The position numbers and the translations under genes are program-made. Below, one piece after another: positions 27,048 to 35,750 of a stretch of DNA of 38,703 nt (the stretch's first letter is position 1; the number at the start of each line of letters is the position of its first letter). This stretch comes from Candidatus Limnocylindria bacterium (GTDB lineage: Bacteria; Chloroflexota; Limnocylindria; Limnocylindrales; CSP1-4): assembly GCA_041482475.1 (NCBI GenBank), contig JBGPDX010000003.1:1-38703 (forward strand), read 5' to 3'. The notes under the pieces are model-generated. The model saw nothing but the letters and a program-made list of their open reading frames with translations. It had not been told where the DNA came from and did no database searches.

Positions 27048-27923
27048 TCAGCCCCGCAGCGCGCGAAGCAGGGCCAAGAGTGTCGCCTCCGGATGCGTCC
27101 GCTGCGGCGAGTGTGGCGCGCCCGCGATCGTCAGGATCCGCTGCGATCCAATGACCTCGCCAAACGATGGCAGGACGTCGTCGGGCATCAGGCCGCCGGT
27201 CGCCAGCTCGCCGCGGACGACCCACGTCGGCCCGAGCCGGTCGCGCGCTGCCATGAGATCCCGCAGACCGCCGTCCCACTCGCCGTTGTCGAGCAGGATC
27301 GCCTTCGCCGCACCGACATCGAACTGCGTCAACGCCTCCGCCTTGGCATGCACGTCGCCGTCGGTCCACCCTGGAAACGCGCCGCGAATGGCCGTCACCG
27401 CCTGGGCCAGATCGTCGTAGTTCCGCTCGGTCGGGTCGTCGAACATGGCCTGCTTCCAGTCGCCCGACAGGGCCGGAGGATCGAGCAGCACGACAACGCG
27501 CGGCGTGAGGCCGGCCAGCGGCATGGCCGCGGCGGTGAGCGCGCCCCAGCTGTGTCCGATGACCGCCAGGTCCGGGCGGTCGAGTCCGGCGGCTCTGACG
27601 AAGGCGACGACGTCCAGCGCGGTGTCGCGGAATCGATGGTGACCCAGCCAGTGGCCGGTGTGACCGTGTCCGGGCAGGTCGACCGCGACGGCGCGGAAGC
27701 CCGCGGCCGCCAGGGCCGGGGCCATCCGCCACCACGTGGTGGATGACGACGTGACGCCATGCAGCAGGAGGAGTGGCGCATCCGTCAGCGCGCCCCACCA
27801 CGTCGTCGCCCACGGAATCCCGGCGGCCTCGACCGTCCGCCGGTCCCCGGGATGCGGGCTCGCGAGGGCGTCGGCGACGGGGGCGGGGAGATCGTTGCCG
27901 GTCGCGCGGACCGGCGGCGGCAT
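27048..27923 (-). CDS. Alpha/beta hydrolase
   Basis: LLHG, DLPGHG, GHSWG nucleophile elbow, C-terminal His (GAPH); start approximate. Confidence 0.85.
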   Translation of the reverse strand: MPPPVRATGNDLPAPVADALASPHPGDRRTVEAAGIPWATTWWGALTDAPLLLLHGVTSSSTTWWRMAPALAAAGFRAVAVDLPGHGHTGHWLGHHRFRDTALDVVAFVRAAGLDRPDLAVIGHSWGALTAAAMPLAGLTPRVVVLLDPPALSGDWKQAMFDDPTERNYDDLAQAVTAIRGAFPGWTDGDVHAKAEALTQFDVGAAKAILLDNGEWDGGLRDLMAARDRLGPTWVVRGELATGGLMPDDVLPSFGEVIGSQRILTIAGAPHSPQRTHPEATLLALLRALRG

Positions 27924-28022
27924 CGTTCGTGCATCCGGGTGACTCACGCCGGAACGATGGCACACCTGGGCGGCCGGGTGAGCGGCTAGAATCGGCGGCC
28001 ACACCCGTCTTGGAGAGTCGCG

Positions 28023-28412
28023 ATGGCGAACCAGTTCGTCGTTCAGCTGAAGAACGAGCCCGGCGCCATGGCGACGCTCGCCGAGGCACTGGCGGCTCGC
28101 GGGGTCGATCTGCGCGCGATCGGCGGCGGTGGGATCGGCGGCTCCGGTCACGTCATCATGACGACCGCCGATGACGAGACGACACGAGCCGTGCTCGAGG
28201 CAGGCGGCTACACTTTCATCGAGGGCGAATCGATTCTCGCCGAGGTCGATGACCGGCCGGGCGGCATGGCCCGCATCGCGCGGTCACTGGCGGACGCCGG
28301 CGTGAACATCTACGGCCACCTGTTCCTGGGTCGGTGGGGTGACCGGGCGATGTTCGCCTTCGTCGTCGACGACCCGGACCGCGCTCGCCCGATCCTCGAG
28401 CGAAAGGGCTGA
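28023..28412 (+). CDS. Tandem ACT-domain protein
   Basis: Two ACT signatures, NEPGAMATLAEAL and DRPGGMARIARSLADAGVNI. Confidence 0.85.
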   Translation: MANQFVVQLKNEPGAMATLAEALAARGVDLRAIGGGGIGGSGHVIMTTADDETTRAVLEAGGYTFIEGESILAEVDDRPGGMARIARSLADAGVNIYGHLFLGRWGDRAMFAFVVDDPDRARPILERKG

Positions 28413-28450
28413 TCGCGGACGGTGGTCCGCGCTGCCCTCGCCAGCGCGGA

Positions 28451-28666
28451 TCAGGAAGCGACGGGTCGGAGCGCCGCGGCCGGCTCGGCCGGCGTGGTCG
28501 AGCGGAAGAGCTCGTCGAGATCGGCCGGCGTGCGATCGTCGAAGGCCGCCGAGTCCGGGTCGTAGTAGCCGTTCGGCAGTCGCAACGGCTGCGCCTCGGG
28601 CAGCGCGCGGCGGGCCGGGACCTTCACGGCGGCGGGACTGCGGCGGACGGATCGAGTCGGGGTCAT
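28451..28666 (-). CDS. Small hypothetical protein (71 aa)
   Basis: SD GAGGAG before ATG 28666; high GC3; contains LPNGYYDPD. Confidence 0.6.
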   Translation of the reverse strand: MTPTRSVRRSPAAVKVPARRALPEAQPLRLPNGYYDPDSAAFDDRTPADLDELFRSTTPAEPAAALRPVAS

Positions 28667-28765
28667 CGCGGGTCTCCTCGCCGGGCAGAAACGATAGCAA
28701 CGTCGGCGGCCGATGACCACCCCCTCGCCCATTGAGATCAGGCGTCGCTTCCTTGTGACGGCGCC

Positions 28766-29521
28766 GTGAGCGCGCTCGAGGCGATGGCGATTCTCGCCGC
28801 CGGCTTTGCCGCGGGGACGATCAACGCGATCGTCGGATCCGGATCGCTCATCACCTTCCCGACGCTGCTGGCGTTCGGGTATCCCCCGGTTGTGGCAAAT
28901 GTGTCCAATACTCTTGGGTTGGTACCCGGCGCGATCAGCGGCGCGGTCGGCTATCGGCGCGAGCTGACGGGCCAGGTCCGGCGGGTCGCGCTCCTGTCCG
29001 TCGTGGGAGCGGCCGGCGGGCTCACCGGCGCCCTGCTGTTGCTGGCGTTGCCGGCCGCCTCGTTCGAGCGCGTCGTGCCGTTCCTCATCCTCGTCGCGTG
29101 CCTGCTGGTTGCGCTCCAGCCGCGGCTGTCACGCGCCGTCGAGGCGCGACGGTCGGAGGCCACGCGCGAACACCCACTGCCGCTGCTCGCCGGGGTCTAC
29201 ATGACGGGGATCTACGGGGGCTACTTCGGCGCGGCGCAGGGGGTGGTCTTCATCGCCCTGCTGGGCATCTTCCTGACCGACGATATCCAGCGGCTCAACG
29301 CCCTGAAGAATGTGGTCGCGGCGGCCGTCAACGGCGCTGCCGCGGTCGTGTTCGTGCTCGTCGCCCCCGTCGCCTGGCCGCCGGCGTTGTTGCTGGCGGC
29401 GGGGTCCATCGTCGGCGGCCAGGTGGGTGCCGTGGTGGGGCGCCGCATGCCACCGACCGCGCTCCGCACCGCGATCGTCGTCGTCGGGACGATCGTCGGC
29501 GTCCGACTGCTGGTTGGTTGA
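28766..29521 (+). CDS. TauE/SafE family (sulfite exporter-like) membrane protein
   Basis: AGTINAIVGSGSLITFP, GIYGGYFGAAQG, NALKN; about 8 TM segments. Confidence 0.9.
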   Translation: MSALEAMAILAAGFAAGTINAIVGSGSLITFPTLLAFGYPPVVANVSNTLGLVPGAISGAVGYRRELTGQVRRVALLSVVGAAGGLTGALLLLALPAASFERVVPFLILVACLLVALQPRLSRAVEARRSEATREHPLPLLAGVYMTGIYGGYFGAAQGVVFIALLGIFLTDDIQRLNALKNVVAAAVNGAAAVVFVLVAPVAWPPALLLAAGSIVGGQVGAVVGRRMPPTALRTAIVVVGTIVGVRLLVG

Positions 29522-29533
29522 CGCCGGGAAGAC

Positions 29534-29607
29534 AAAAAGCCGAGGCCCGTCGGGCGGCCACGGTTGCAGCGGATGCTGCGAACCTGGACCGACCGGCGGG
29601 CCTCGGC
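29534..29607 (-). terminator. Intrinsic terminator after the histone-like gene
   Basis: GCCGAGGCCCGTCGG / CCGGCGGGCCTCGGC stem followed by T5 on the minus strand. Confidence 0.7.
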
Positions 29608-29637
29608 GTTCAGCGCGAGGTTGCGGGTCGAAGGACC

Positions 29638-30054
29638 CTACTTGCCTCGGGCGACACGCCTCGCGGCGGTGCGTCGGGCAGCGGCGCGAGGCCGTGCGAC
29701 GCGCTTGCGCGCTGCGGGCTTGCGAGCCGTCGTCTTGCGACGCGCGGCCGGCTTGCGAGCCGTCGTCTTGCGACGCGCGGCCGGCTTGCGAGCCGTCGTC
29801 TTGCGAGCCTTGGCCTTCGGGCGAGCCGTCGTCTTGCGACGCGCGGCCGGCTTCGCGGCGGCCTTCTTTGCCGGAGCGGCGGTCGCAGCCGCGGCCTTCG
29901 GCTGTGCCATGACCTTGGCGCGAGCCGTGGTCTTGCGACGAGCCGTCGTCTTGCGACGAGCCGTCTTCGGACGCGCCGTCGCCTTGCTAGCTGCCGCCGT
30001 GCCAGCGCGTTTGCGCGGGCTCGACGTGGCCTTCCTGGCCTTCGCTGTCGCCAT
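29638..30054 (-). CDS. Histone H1-like basic repetitive protein
   Basis: 138 aa dominated by K/R/A/T with KPAARRKTTAR repeats; SD GGGAGG; terminator downstream. Confidence 0.85.
   Translation of the reverse strand: MATAKARKATSSPRKRAGTAAASKATARPKTARRKTTARRKTTARAKVMAQPKAAAATAAPAKKAAAKPAARRKTTARPKAKARKTTARKPAARRKTTARKPAARRKTTARKPAARKRVARPRAAARRTAARRVARGK
29717..29965. repeat. Coding tandem repeats (33-bp and 18-bp units)
   Basis: GGCTTGCGAGCCGTCGTCTTGCGACGCGCGGCC units starting at 29717, 29750 and 29783 (third partial). Confidence 0.8.
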
Positions 30055-30278
30055 GAACAACCTCCCGATTCGATGAGCCGTGATGAGAACGGCGGTGCGT
30101 ATATACATCGGATAAAACAGATGACATATGGGACATAAGTACTAGTCGCACCCATCGGCGCAGATTCGATGGACTGCATATGCGCGTGCGAATCCGCGAT
30201 GCGCGCGACGTCACGAGGCGTTGTTGACCTTCGAATCGGCAGCGCCGAATCGGCGACCACGCGTAGACTGCGATGCGC

Positions 30279-30354
30279 GCGGGAGTAGCTCAGTTGGCAG
30301 AGCGTCAGCCTTCCAAGCTGAATGTCGCGGGTTCGATCCCCGTCTCCCGCTCCA
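30279..30354 (+). tRNA. tRNA-Gly (TCC)
   Basis: GCGGGAG acceptor stem, TAGCTCAGTTGG D-arm, CT-TCC-AA anticodon loop, GTTCGATC T-loop, encoded CCA; TAGACT upstream. Confidence 0.97.
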
Positions 30355-30526
30355 CGAATCCATGACCCTCGCGTGCGCGATGGAGCCATATGGCGGCAGC
30401 ATCGACGGGCGGTGATGCCGTCGCACAATGGCGGCGTGGAGAACTTCCCGTGATCCTCCGGCTTCTCCGTGCAACGATCGCGTCGGCGGCCGACATCGGT
30501 CGGATGCGATTGGCCTGACGCGTGGC

Positions 30527-31624
30527 ATGTCGTCGTTGACGCGCGTCGCTGACACCCTCGGCCGCCAGTCGTCGCTGCTCCTCGTCGCGGCGCTCGGCGC
30601 GACGATCGCGACCTTCGCACTGCGGACCGTGGGCGCTGGAAGCGTTGTCGTGTTCGTCGTCGCGGCCGTTGCGCTGGCCGCATTGGCGGGGCTGGTCGGC
30701 GCGGGCACTCACCAACTGGGCCATCGCCTGGGAGCCGGTGCGACCGGCGTCCTGCAATCGGCGTTCGGCAACCTGCCGGAACTGTTCATCAGCCTGTTCG
30801 CGCTCCGCGCTGGGCTCGTCGTCCTGGTCCAGACCGCACTCGTCGGCTCGATCCTCGCCAACTCGCTGCTCGTCCTGGGCCTCGCCTTCGTCGCCGGCGG
30901 TCTCCGCAACGGCGTCCAGCGGTTCGGCACCGAGCCCGTCCGGATGATCGCGACGCTGCTCGTCCTGGCGGTGGCGGCCCTGACGATCCCGACCCTGGCG
31001 ACAGCGCCCGGCGCTCCGGACGTCGGGCACGCCCGCGACCTGTCCATCGTCTGCGCTCTCGTCCTCCTCGTCGTCTTCGGCTGTTCGGTCCCGTTCTCCA
31101 TCCGCGGCGGCCCCGGGGCCAGCGCGATGGCGACGCCGGAAGGCCCGCTCTGGCCGGTGCCGATGGCGGTCGGGATGCTGGCCGGCGCGGCCATCGCGGC
31201 GGCCTTCGCCAGCGACTGGTTCGTCGAGGCGCTCAGGCCGGCGATGGCCGACCTGGGCCTGTCGGAGGCCTTCGTCGGCCTCGTCATCGTCGCCATCGCC
31301 GGCAACGCGGTCGAGAACCTCGCCGGCGTCCAGGCCGCGCGACGGAACCAGCCCGACCTCGCCATCAGCCTCATCCTCAACAGCAGCCTCCAGGTGGCCA
31401 TCGCCATGACCCCGGCCCTGGTCCTGGCCAGCCTCGTCATCGGCGGCCCGGCCCTGACCCTCGTTCTGTCGCCGCTCCTCATCGCCGCCCTCGTCCTGGC
31501 CGCGATTCTCGACACGGTCATCGTCGTCGACGGTGAGTCGACCTGGCTCGAGGGCATCGCCCTCATCGGCCTCTATGTCATCGTCGCGGCCAGCGTCTGG
31601 TGGGGCCCGCGGATCGCCGTCTGA
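30527..31624 (+). CDS. Ca2+/H+ antiporter (CaCA family)
   Basis: Alpha repeats FGNLPEL and AGNAVE; GSILANSLLVLG; SSLQVA; DGESTWLEG. Confidence 0.9.
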   Translation: MSSLTRVADTLGRQSSLLLVAALGATIATFALRTVGAGSVVVFVVAAVALAALAGLVGAGTHQLGHRLGAGATGVLQSAFGNLPELFISLFALRAGLVVLVQTALVGSILANSLLVLGLAFVAGGLRNGVQRFGTEPVRMIATLLVLAVAALTIPTLATAPGAPDVGHARDLSIVCALVLLVVFGCSVPFSIRGGPGASAMATPEGPLWPVPMAVGMLAGAAIAAAFASDWFVEALRPAMADLGLSEAFVGLVIVAIAGNAVENLAGVQAARRNQPDLAISLILNSSLQVAIAMTPALVLASLVIGGPALTLVLSPLLIAALVLAAILDTVIVVDGESTWLEGIALIGLYVIVAASVWWGPRIAV

Positions 31625-31829
31625 CACCCGGTAACGCGCCGGGGTAGGATTCCCGCAGGCAATCGCGGCACGGCCGGGGGTCGGACGTCGTGGCGGAAGA
31701 CGGCGACCGACTGCGGGGTCGGGGCGACGCGGGGTTCCGTCCGGGCGCAATCGTCCATCTGACGCACGGTCACTGGTACGGCTGGCGGATGCCCCAGCGT
31801 TCTCACCCGCGGGATGATCCGATCGGCCC

Positions 31830-34130
31830 ATGGCAGAGCAGCCCGTCACTCGCTTCCGCCGGCTCCGTCGCTCGCTGGTGGCGCGCGCCCGCCGCCGGCC
31901 GCGCCTGATGCTCGTCGCGCTCGTTGCGGTGACCCTCGCGGTCGGAGCCGGGAGCGCCTGGTTGGCCCTCGGCCGCGCCACCGCGATCCCGGCCGCCATC
32001 GCCCCGGCGACCGTCTACAGCGCCACCTGGTCGCTCGCCGACCTGACCCGCCATGCCGACGCCGGCGACCTCGCGGCGGTCACGATTCCGCGATCCGCCC
32101 CCGGCGAGGCGCCGGCGCCGGCGATCCTGGTCGCGAAGACCCGCGACGGCCAGTTGATCCGCGTCGACCTGACCGTCGATCCGGGCGCGGCCGCATCCGC
32201 CCTGGCGAGCCTGGGCCACGGGGACCTTCTGACGGCAGATGCGTGGGCCGTCGTCCGCGCAGCGGGGGCTGACTCCGCGCCGGCGGATCCGCTCCGCACG
32301 CTCCTTGGCTGGCTGGTGCCGTTCGGTCTGATCGCCATGCTCATCCTGGTGGTCAGCCGGATGGCGCGAGGTGGCGGGAGTCGCGAAAGCGGCGGGTTCC
32401 TGACGATCCTGCCCGGTCGACGTCGCCAACCCGACCAGCCCGAGTCGGAGGCACAGCCAACGGTCCGGCTGGCCGACGTCGCGGGTTGCGAGGAGGCCAA
32501 GCTCGAGCTGACCGAGACGATCGAGTTCCTCCGCTCGCCGGCCAGATTCCAGCGGCTGGGTGCTCGCATTCCGCACGGCGTCCTGTTGTACGGCCCGCCC
32601 GGGACCGGCAAGACGATGCTCGCCCGGGCCGTCGCGGCCGAGGCCGAGGTGCCGTTCCTCGCTGCGTCCGGGGCCGAGTTCATCGAGAAGTACGTCGGCG
32701 TCGGGTCCCGCCGGGTCCGCGAGCTGTTCGCCCAGGCCCGCTCGCACGGGCGCGCGGTGATCTTCATCGACGAGTTCGACGCGCTGGGCAAGGCCCGTGG
32801 CGGCGCCAACAGCCACGAGGAGCGCGAGCAGACCCTCAACCAGCTGCTCATCGAGCTCGACGGCTTCACCTCGACCGACGGGGTCGTCGTCATCGCCGCG
32901 ACGAACCGGGTCGACGTCCTGGATCCGGCCGTCCTCCGGCCCGGCCGCTTCAACCGGAAGATCCATGTTGGGCTGCCGGACGTGGTCGGCCGGCGCGAGA
33001 TCCTCGCCGTCCACTCGCGCGGTAAGCCGTTCGAGGCCGCCGTCGACCTCGACATCGTCGCCCGCAAGACGTACGGCTTCTCGGGCGCCCAGCTGGCCGA
33101 CCTGCTCAATGAAGCGGCGATCCTGGCCGCCCGGCGAAAGGCCGATCGGGTGAGCGCCGAGGACGTCCACGGCGGCTGGCTCAAGGTCGCGGTTGGCACG
33201 GGCCGGCGCCGCTCGATGGACGAGCGGGAGCGCTCGATCATCGCCGCCCACGAGGTTGGGCACGCGATCTGCGGCCGCCTCCACGGCGACCGGCGCAAGG
33301 TCGAGGAGATCAGCCTGTTCGCCCACGGCGAGGCCCTCGGGGTGACGGTCAGCTCGCAGGAGGACAACGACCTGCCGGCCGAATCCGACCTGCGGGCCCG
33401 GCTCATCGCGCTGATGGGCGGGCGCGCCGCCGAGGAGCTGCTGTTCCAGGAGGTCACCGGCGGCGCGGCCAACGACTTCGAGCAGGCCAACCGCATCGCC
33501 ACGTCGATGGTCACCCGCTGGGGGATGGGCCGGGATCCGGAGTCGAACGACCACGGGACGTCTGGCCGCGGCAGCCTGTCGTTCCACGTCGCTCGCAACG
33601 GCGGCAGCCTGCCGTCCGACGTCCAGGCGGCCGCCACCCGCGCGACGCGGGCGATCCTCGACGAGGCCTACGCCGAGGCCTGCCGGACGCTCGTCGAGCA
33701 CATCGAGCTCCTGCGCCGCCTGGCGGCCTACCTCGTCGAGCACGAGCGCGTCGACGGCGACACCTTCGACGCCCTCGTCGACGGCACGATCGACGTCCCC
33801 AACGCGCTCGATGAGTGGCGGCCGGCCAACGCGCGCCCGCGCGCGTGGGCCGACATCCCCACCTGGCACGCCGGCCGCGGCAAGCCGGCCGCCCTGCCGG
33901 TACCGGTCGCCGCCGCCGCGCCGCTCGCCGTCGAGCCACCGATCGAGCCCGCGGCCACGACCGTGCCGGAGGTTCGGACGCCCATCGGGACGGCCCGCCG
34001 TAGCCTGCCGTCGATGCGGCGCCGAACGGTGGCCGGCCAGCTGAGCCGTCGCCTCCGCCGTCTCGCCGTCGGCTATCTCGACGGCGCCCGGCATCGGCTC
34101 TGGTCTGGCGAGGGCGAGCCGGAGGCCTGA
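31830..34130 (+). CDS. ftsH: FtsH-family ATP-dependent zinc metalloprotease
   Basis: Two TM segments; DVAGCEEAK; Walker A GPPGTGKT; Walker B IFIDEFD; SRH ATNR..LDPAVLRPGRF; HEVGH; GGRAAEE; GAANDF. Confidence 0.93.
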   Translation: MAEQPVTRFRRLRRSLVARARRRPRLMLVALVAVTLAVGAGSAWLALGRATAIPAAIAPATVYSATWSLADLTRHADAGDLAAVTIPRSAPGEAPAPAILVAKTRDGQLIRVDLTVDPGAAASALASLGHGDLLTADAWAVVRAAGADSAPADPLRTLLGWLVPFGLIAMLILVVSRMARGGGSRESGGFLTILPGRRRQPDQPESEAQPTVRLADVAGCEEAKLELTETIEFLRSPARFQRLGARIPHGVLLYGPPGTGKTMLARAVAAEAEVPFLAASGAEFIEKYVGVGSRRVRELFAQARSHGRAVIFIDEFDALGKARGGANSHEEREQTLNQLLIELDGFTSTDGVVVIAATNRVDVLDPAVLRPGRFNRKIHVGLPDVVGRREILAVHSRGKPFEAAVDLDIVARKTYGFSGAQLADLLNEAAILAARRKADRVSAEDVHGGWLKVAVGTGRRRSMDERERSIIAAHEVGHAICGRLHGDRRKVEEISLFAHGEALGVTVSSQEDNDLPAESDLRARLIALMGGRAAEELLFQEVTGGAANDFEQANRIATSMVTRWGMGRDPESNDHGTSGRGSLSFHVARNGGSLPSDVQAAATRATRAILDEAYAEACRTLVEHIELLRRLAAYLVEHERVDGDTFDALVDGTIDVPNALDEWRPANARPRAWADIPTWHAGRGKPAALPVPVAAAAPLAVEPPIEPAATTVPEVRTPIGTARRSLPSMRRRTVAGQLSRRLRRLAVGYLDGARHRLWSGEGEPEA

Positions 34131-34253
34131 CCGTTCGGTCGTGGCCTTCCCCGTTCGCGCCAGGGCGTGATGGGCCGAATGACGGGAGGGTCAGGTTAGG
34201 GTGGGACCAATGGGGTCTGGCAGGCCGGTCGCGCGGCGCGGAGGCTGAGCGCC

Positions 34254-34835
34254 ATGACCATCGAGTTCATCGGCTTCACGTCCGACTCGCGGGTCGTTGG
34301 CTCGATCCCCCTCGCCGACGACCGCCTCAGCGACATGCTCAACTCCGTCGGACGGGTCGTCATCCGCGATGCCGCGATCGAGGACATCGACCTGGGGCCG
34401 CAGGAGGACGGCCCGATCGTCATCCCCTGCGGCGAGCTGCTCGCCGTGGTCGGGACCGGTCGTCGCGGTCTCGAGAGCCGCCGGCGGCGGACGATGGTCC
34501 GGCACGTCCAGATGGGCCTTGGCCGTTACGTCGTGACCGGCAACCTGCACGTCCTGCCCGAGGCACACGCCGCGTCGCTCGACGGCGAGCTCGATGCGCT
34601 GCTCGTTGGCCGCGACCTGCTCGTGCCGCTGACCGAGGCGTCGATCCGCTACGACCGTGGCGGCAAGCGCCACACGGAAGAGTTCGACACGCTCCTCGTC
34701 AACCGCGTCCGGGCGCTCTGGATCAAGGCACTCGACGACGAGGACGACGAGGACGAGGACGAGGACGAGGTCGTCGAGGAGGGTCCGGTCAAGACCCGTT
34801 ACGTCAAGGACTTCACCGGGTCGGTGGCCGAATAG
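34254..34835 (+). CDS. Hypothetical protein with two small beta domains and an acidic tail (possibly DUF6812-like)
   Basis: RLSDMLN, GRYVVTGNLH, LVPLTEA, LLVNR; high GC3; poly D/E tail. Confidence 0.7.
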   Translation: MTIEFIGFTSDSRVVGSIPLADDRLSDMLNSVGRVVIRDAAIEDIDLGPQEDGPIVIPCGELLAVVGTGRRGLESRRRRTMVRHVQMGLGRYVVTGNLHVLPEAHAASLDGELDALLVGRDLLVPLTEASIRYDRGGKRHTEEFDTLLVNRVRALWIKALDDEDDEDEDEDEVVEEGPVKTRYVKDFTGSVAE

Positions 34836-34877
34836 GCCCTACCCGCCGGCCGAAGCACGGCCGCCGTTGGCCTTCCG

Positions 34878-35663
34878 TCAGGCGCTTTCGACGGTCGGCA
34901 CACCCAGGACGTTGAAGCCGCCGTCGACGTAGAGCACCTCGCCGGTGACCGCGCTCGACAGGTGCGAGGCGAGGTAGACGGCGCTGCGTCCGACGTCCTC
35001 CGGGGTGATGTTCGAGCGCAGCGGCGCGATCTCGGCGAACGACCCGTAGAGCTTCTTGAACCCGGCGATGCCGGCCGCCGACAGCGTCCGGACCGGGCCC
35101 GCGCTGATCGCGTTGACCCGGATGCCGTCCGGTCCCAGGTCGGCGGCGAGATAGCGCACGCAGGCCTCGAGGGCCGCCTTGGCGACGCCCATGACGTTGT
35201 AGTGGCTGACGACCTTCTCGGCGCCGTAATACGTCAGCGTCAGGACGGACGAGCCGGGACCCAGCAGCGGCCGCGCCTCGCGGACGACGGCGACCAGCGA
35301 ATACGCGGACACGTCGAGCGCCAGGCTGAATCCTTCCCGCGACGTGTCGACGAACAGGCCGTCGAGGTCCTCGCGCCTGGCGAAGGCCAGGGCGTGGACG
35401 AGGACGTCGATGTGGCCCTCGGCGGCGCGCCACTTGGCCATGACCGCGTGGATCTGCTCGTCCGACTGGACGTCGCAGGCCTCGACGAAGGTCGACCCGA
35501 TCGCGGCGGCGAGCGGCCGGACGCGCCTCTCGATCAGGCTCTCGACCGACGAGAAGCCGACGGTCGCCCCTTCGTCGTGGAGGGCACGGGCGATGCCCCA
35601 GGCGATCGAATGGTCGTTGGCGACCCCGAAGATGAGCGCCTTCTTGCCGTCGAGCAGTCCCAT
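34878..35663 (-). CDS. fabI: Enoyl-ACP reductase
   Basis: GVANDHSIAWGIA, SAYSL, YNVMGVAKAALE, VNAISAGPVRTL. Confidence 0.96.
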   Translation of the reverse strand: MGLLDGKKALIFGVANDHSIAWGIARALHDEGATVGFSSVESLIERRVRPLAAAIGSTFVEACDVQSDEQIHAVMAKWRAAEGHIDVLVHALAFARREDLDGLFVDTSREGFSLALDVSAYSLVAVVREARPLLGPGSSVLTLTYYGAEKVVSHYNVMGVAKAALEACVRYLAADLGPDGIRVNAISAGPVRTLSAAGIAGFKKLYGSFAEIAPLRSNITPEDVGRSAVYLASHLSSAVTGEVLYVDGGFNVLGVPTVESA

Positions 35664-35750
35664 GTGCGCCTTTCCTCCCGCGTCTCCTCCCGCGTCGCGG
35701 CGAGCATAGCCGAGCGTCTCGGCTCGACGGCCCTCGGCTACGCTGCCGGA

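Noticed and set aside
29717-29850. 33-bp periodic repeats as a CRISPR array
   Set aside because: No unique spacers, the units are in-frame coding repeats, and there are no cas genes.
30279-30354. tRNA-Gly as an island integration site
   Set aside because: No integrase nearby and no duplicated tRNA 3' end seen in the window.
30355-30526. Riboswitch upstream of the Ca2+/H+ antiporter (GCGATGGAG resembles the fluoride aptamer start)
   Set aside because: The rest of the fluoride and yybP-ykoY consensus is not present by eye; an Infernal search would be needed.
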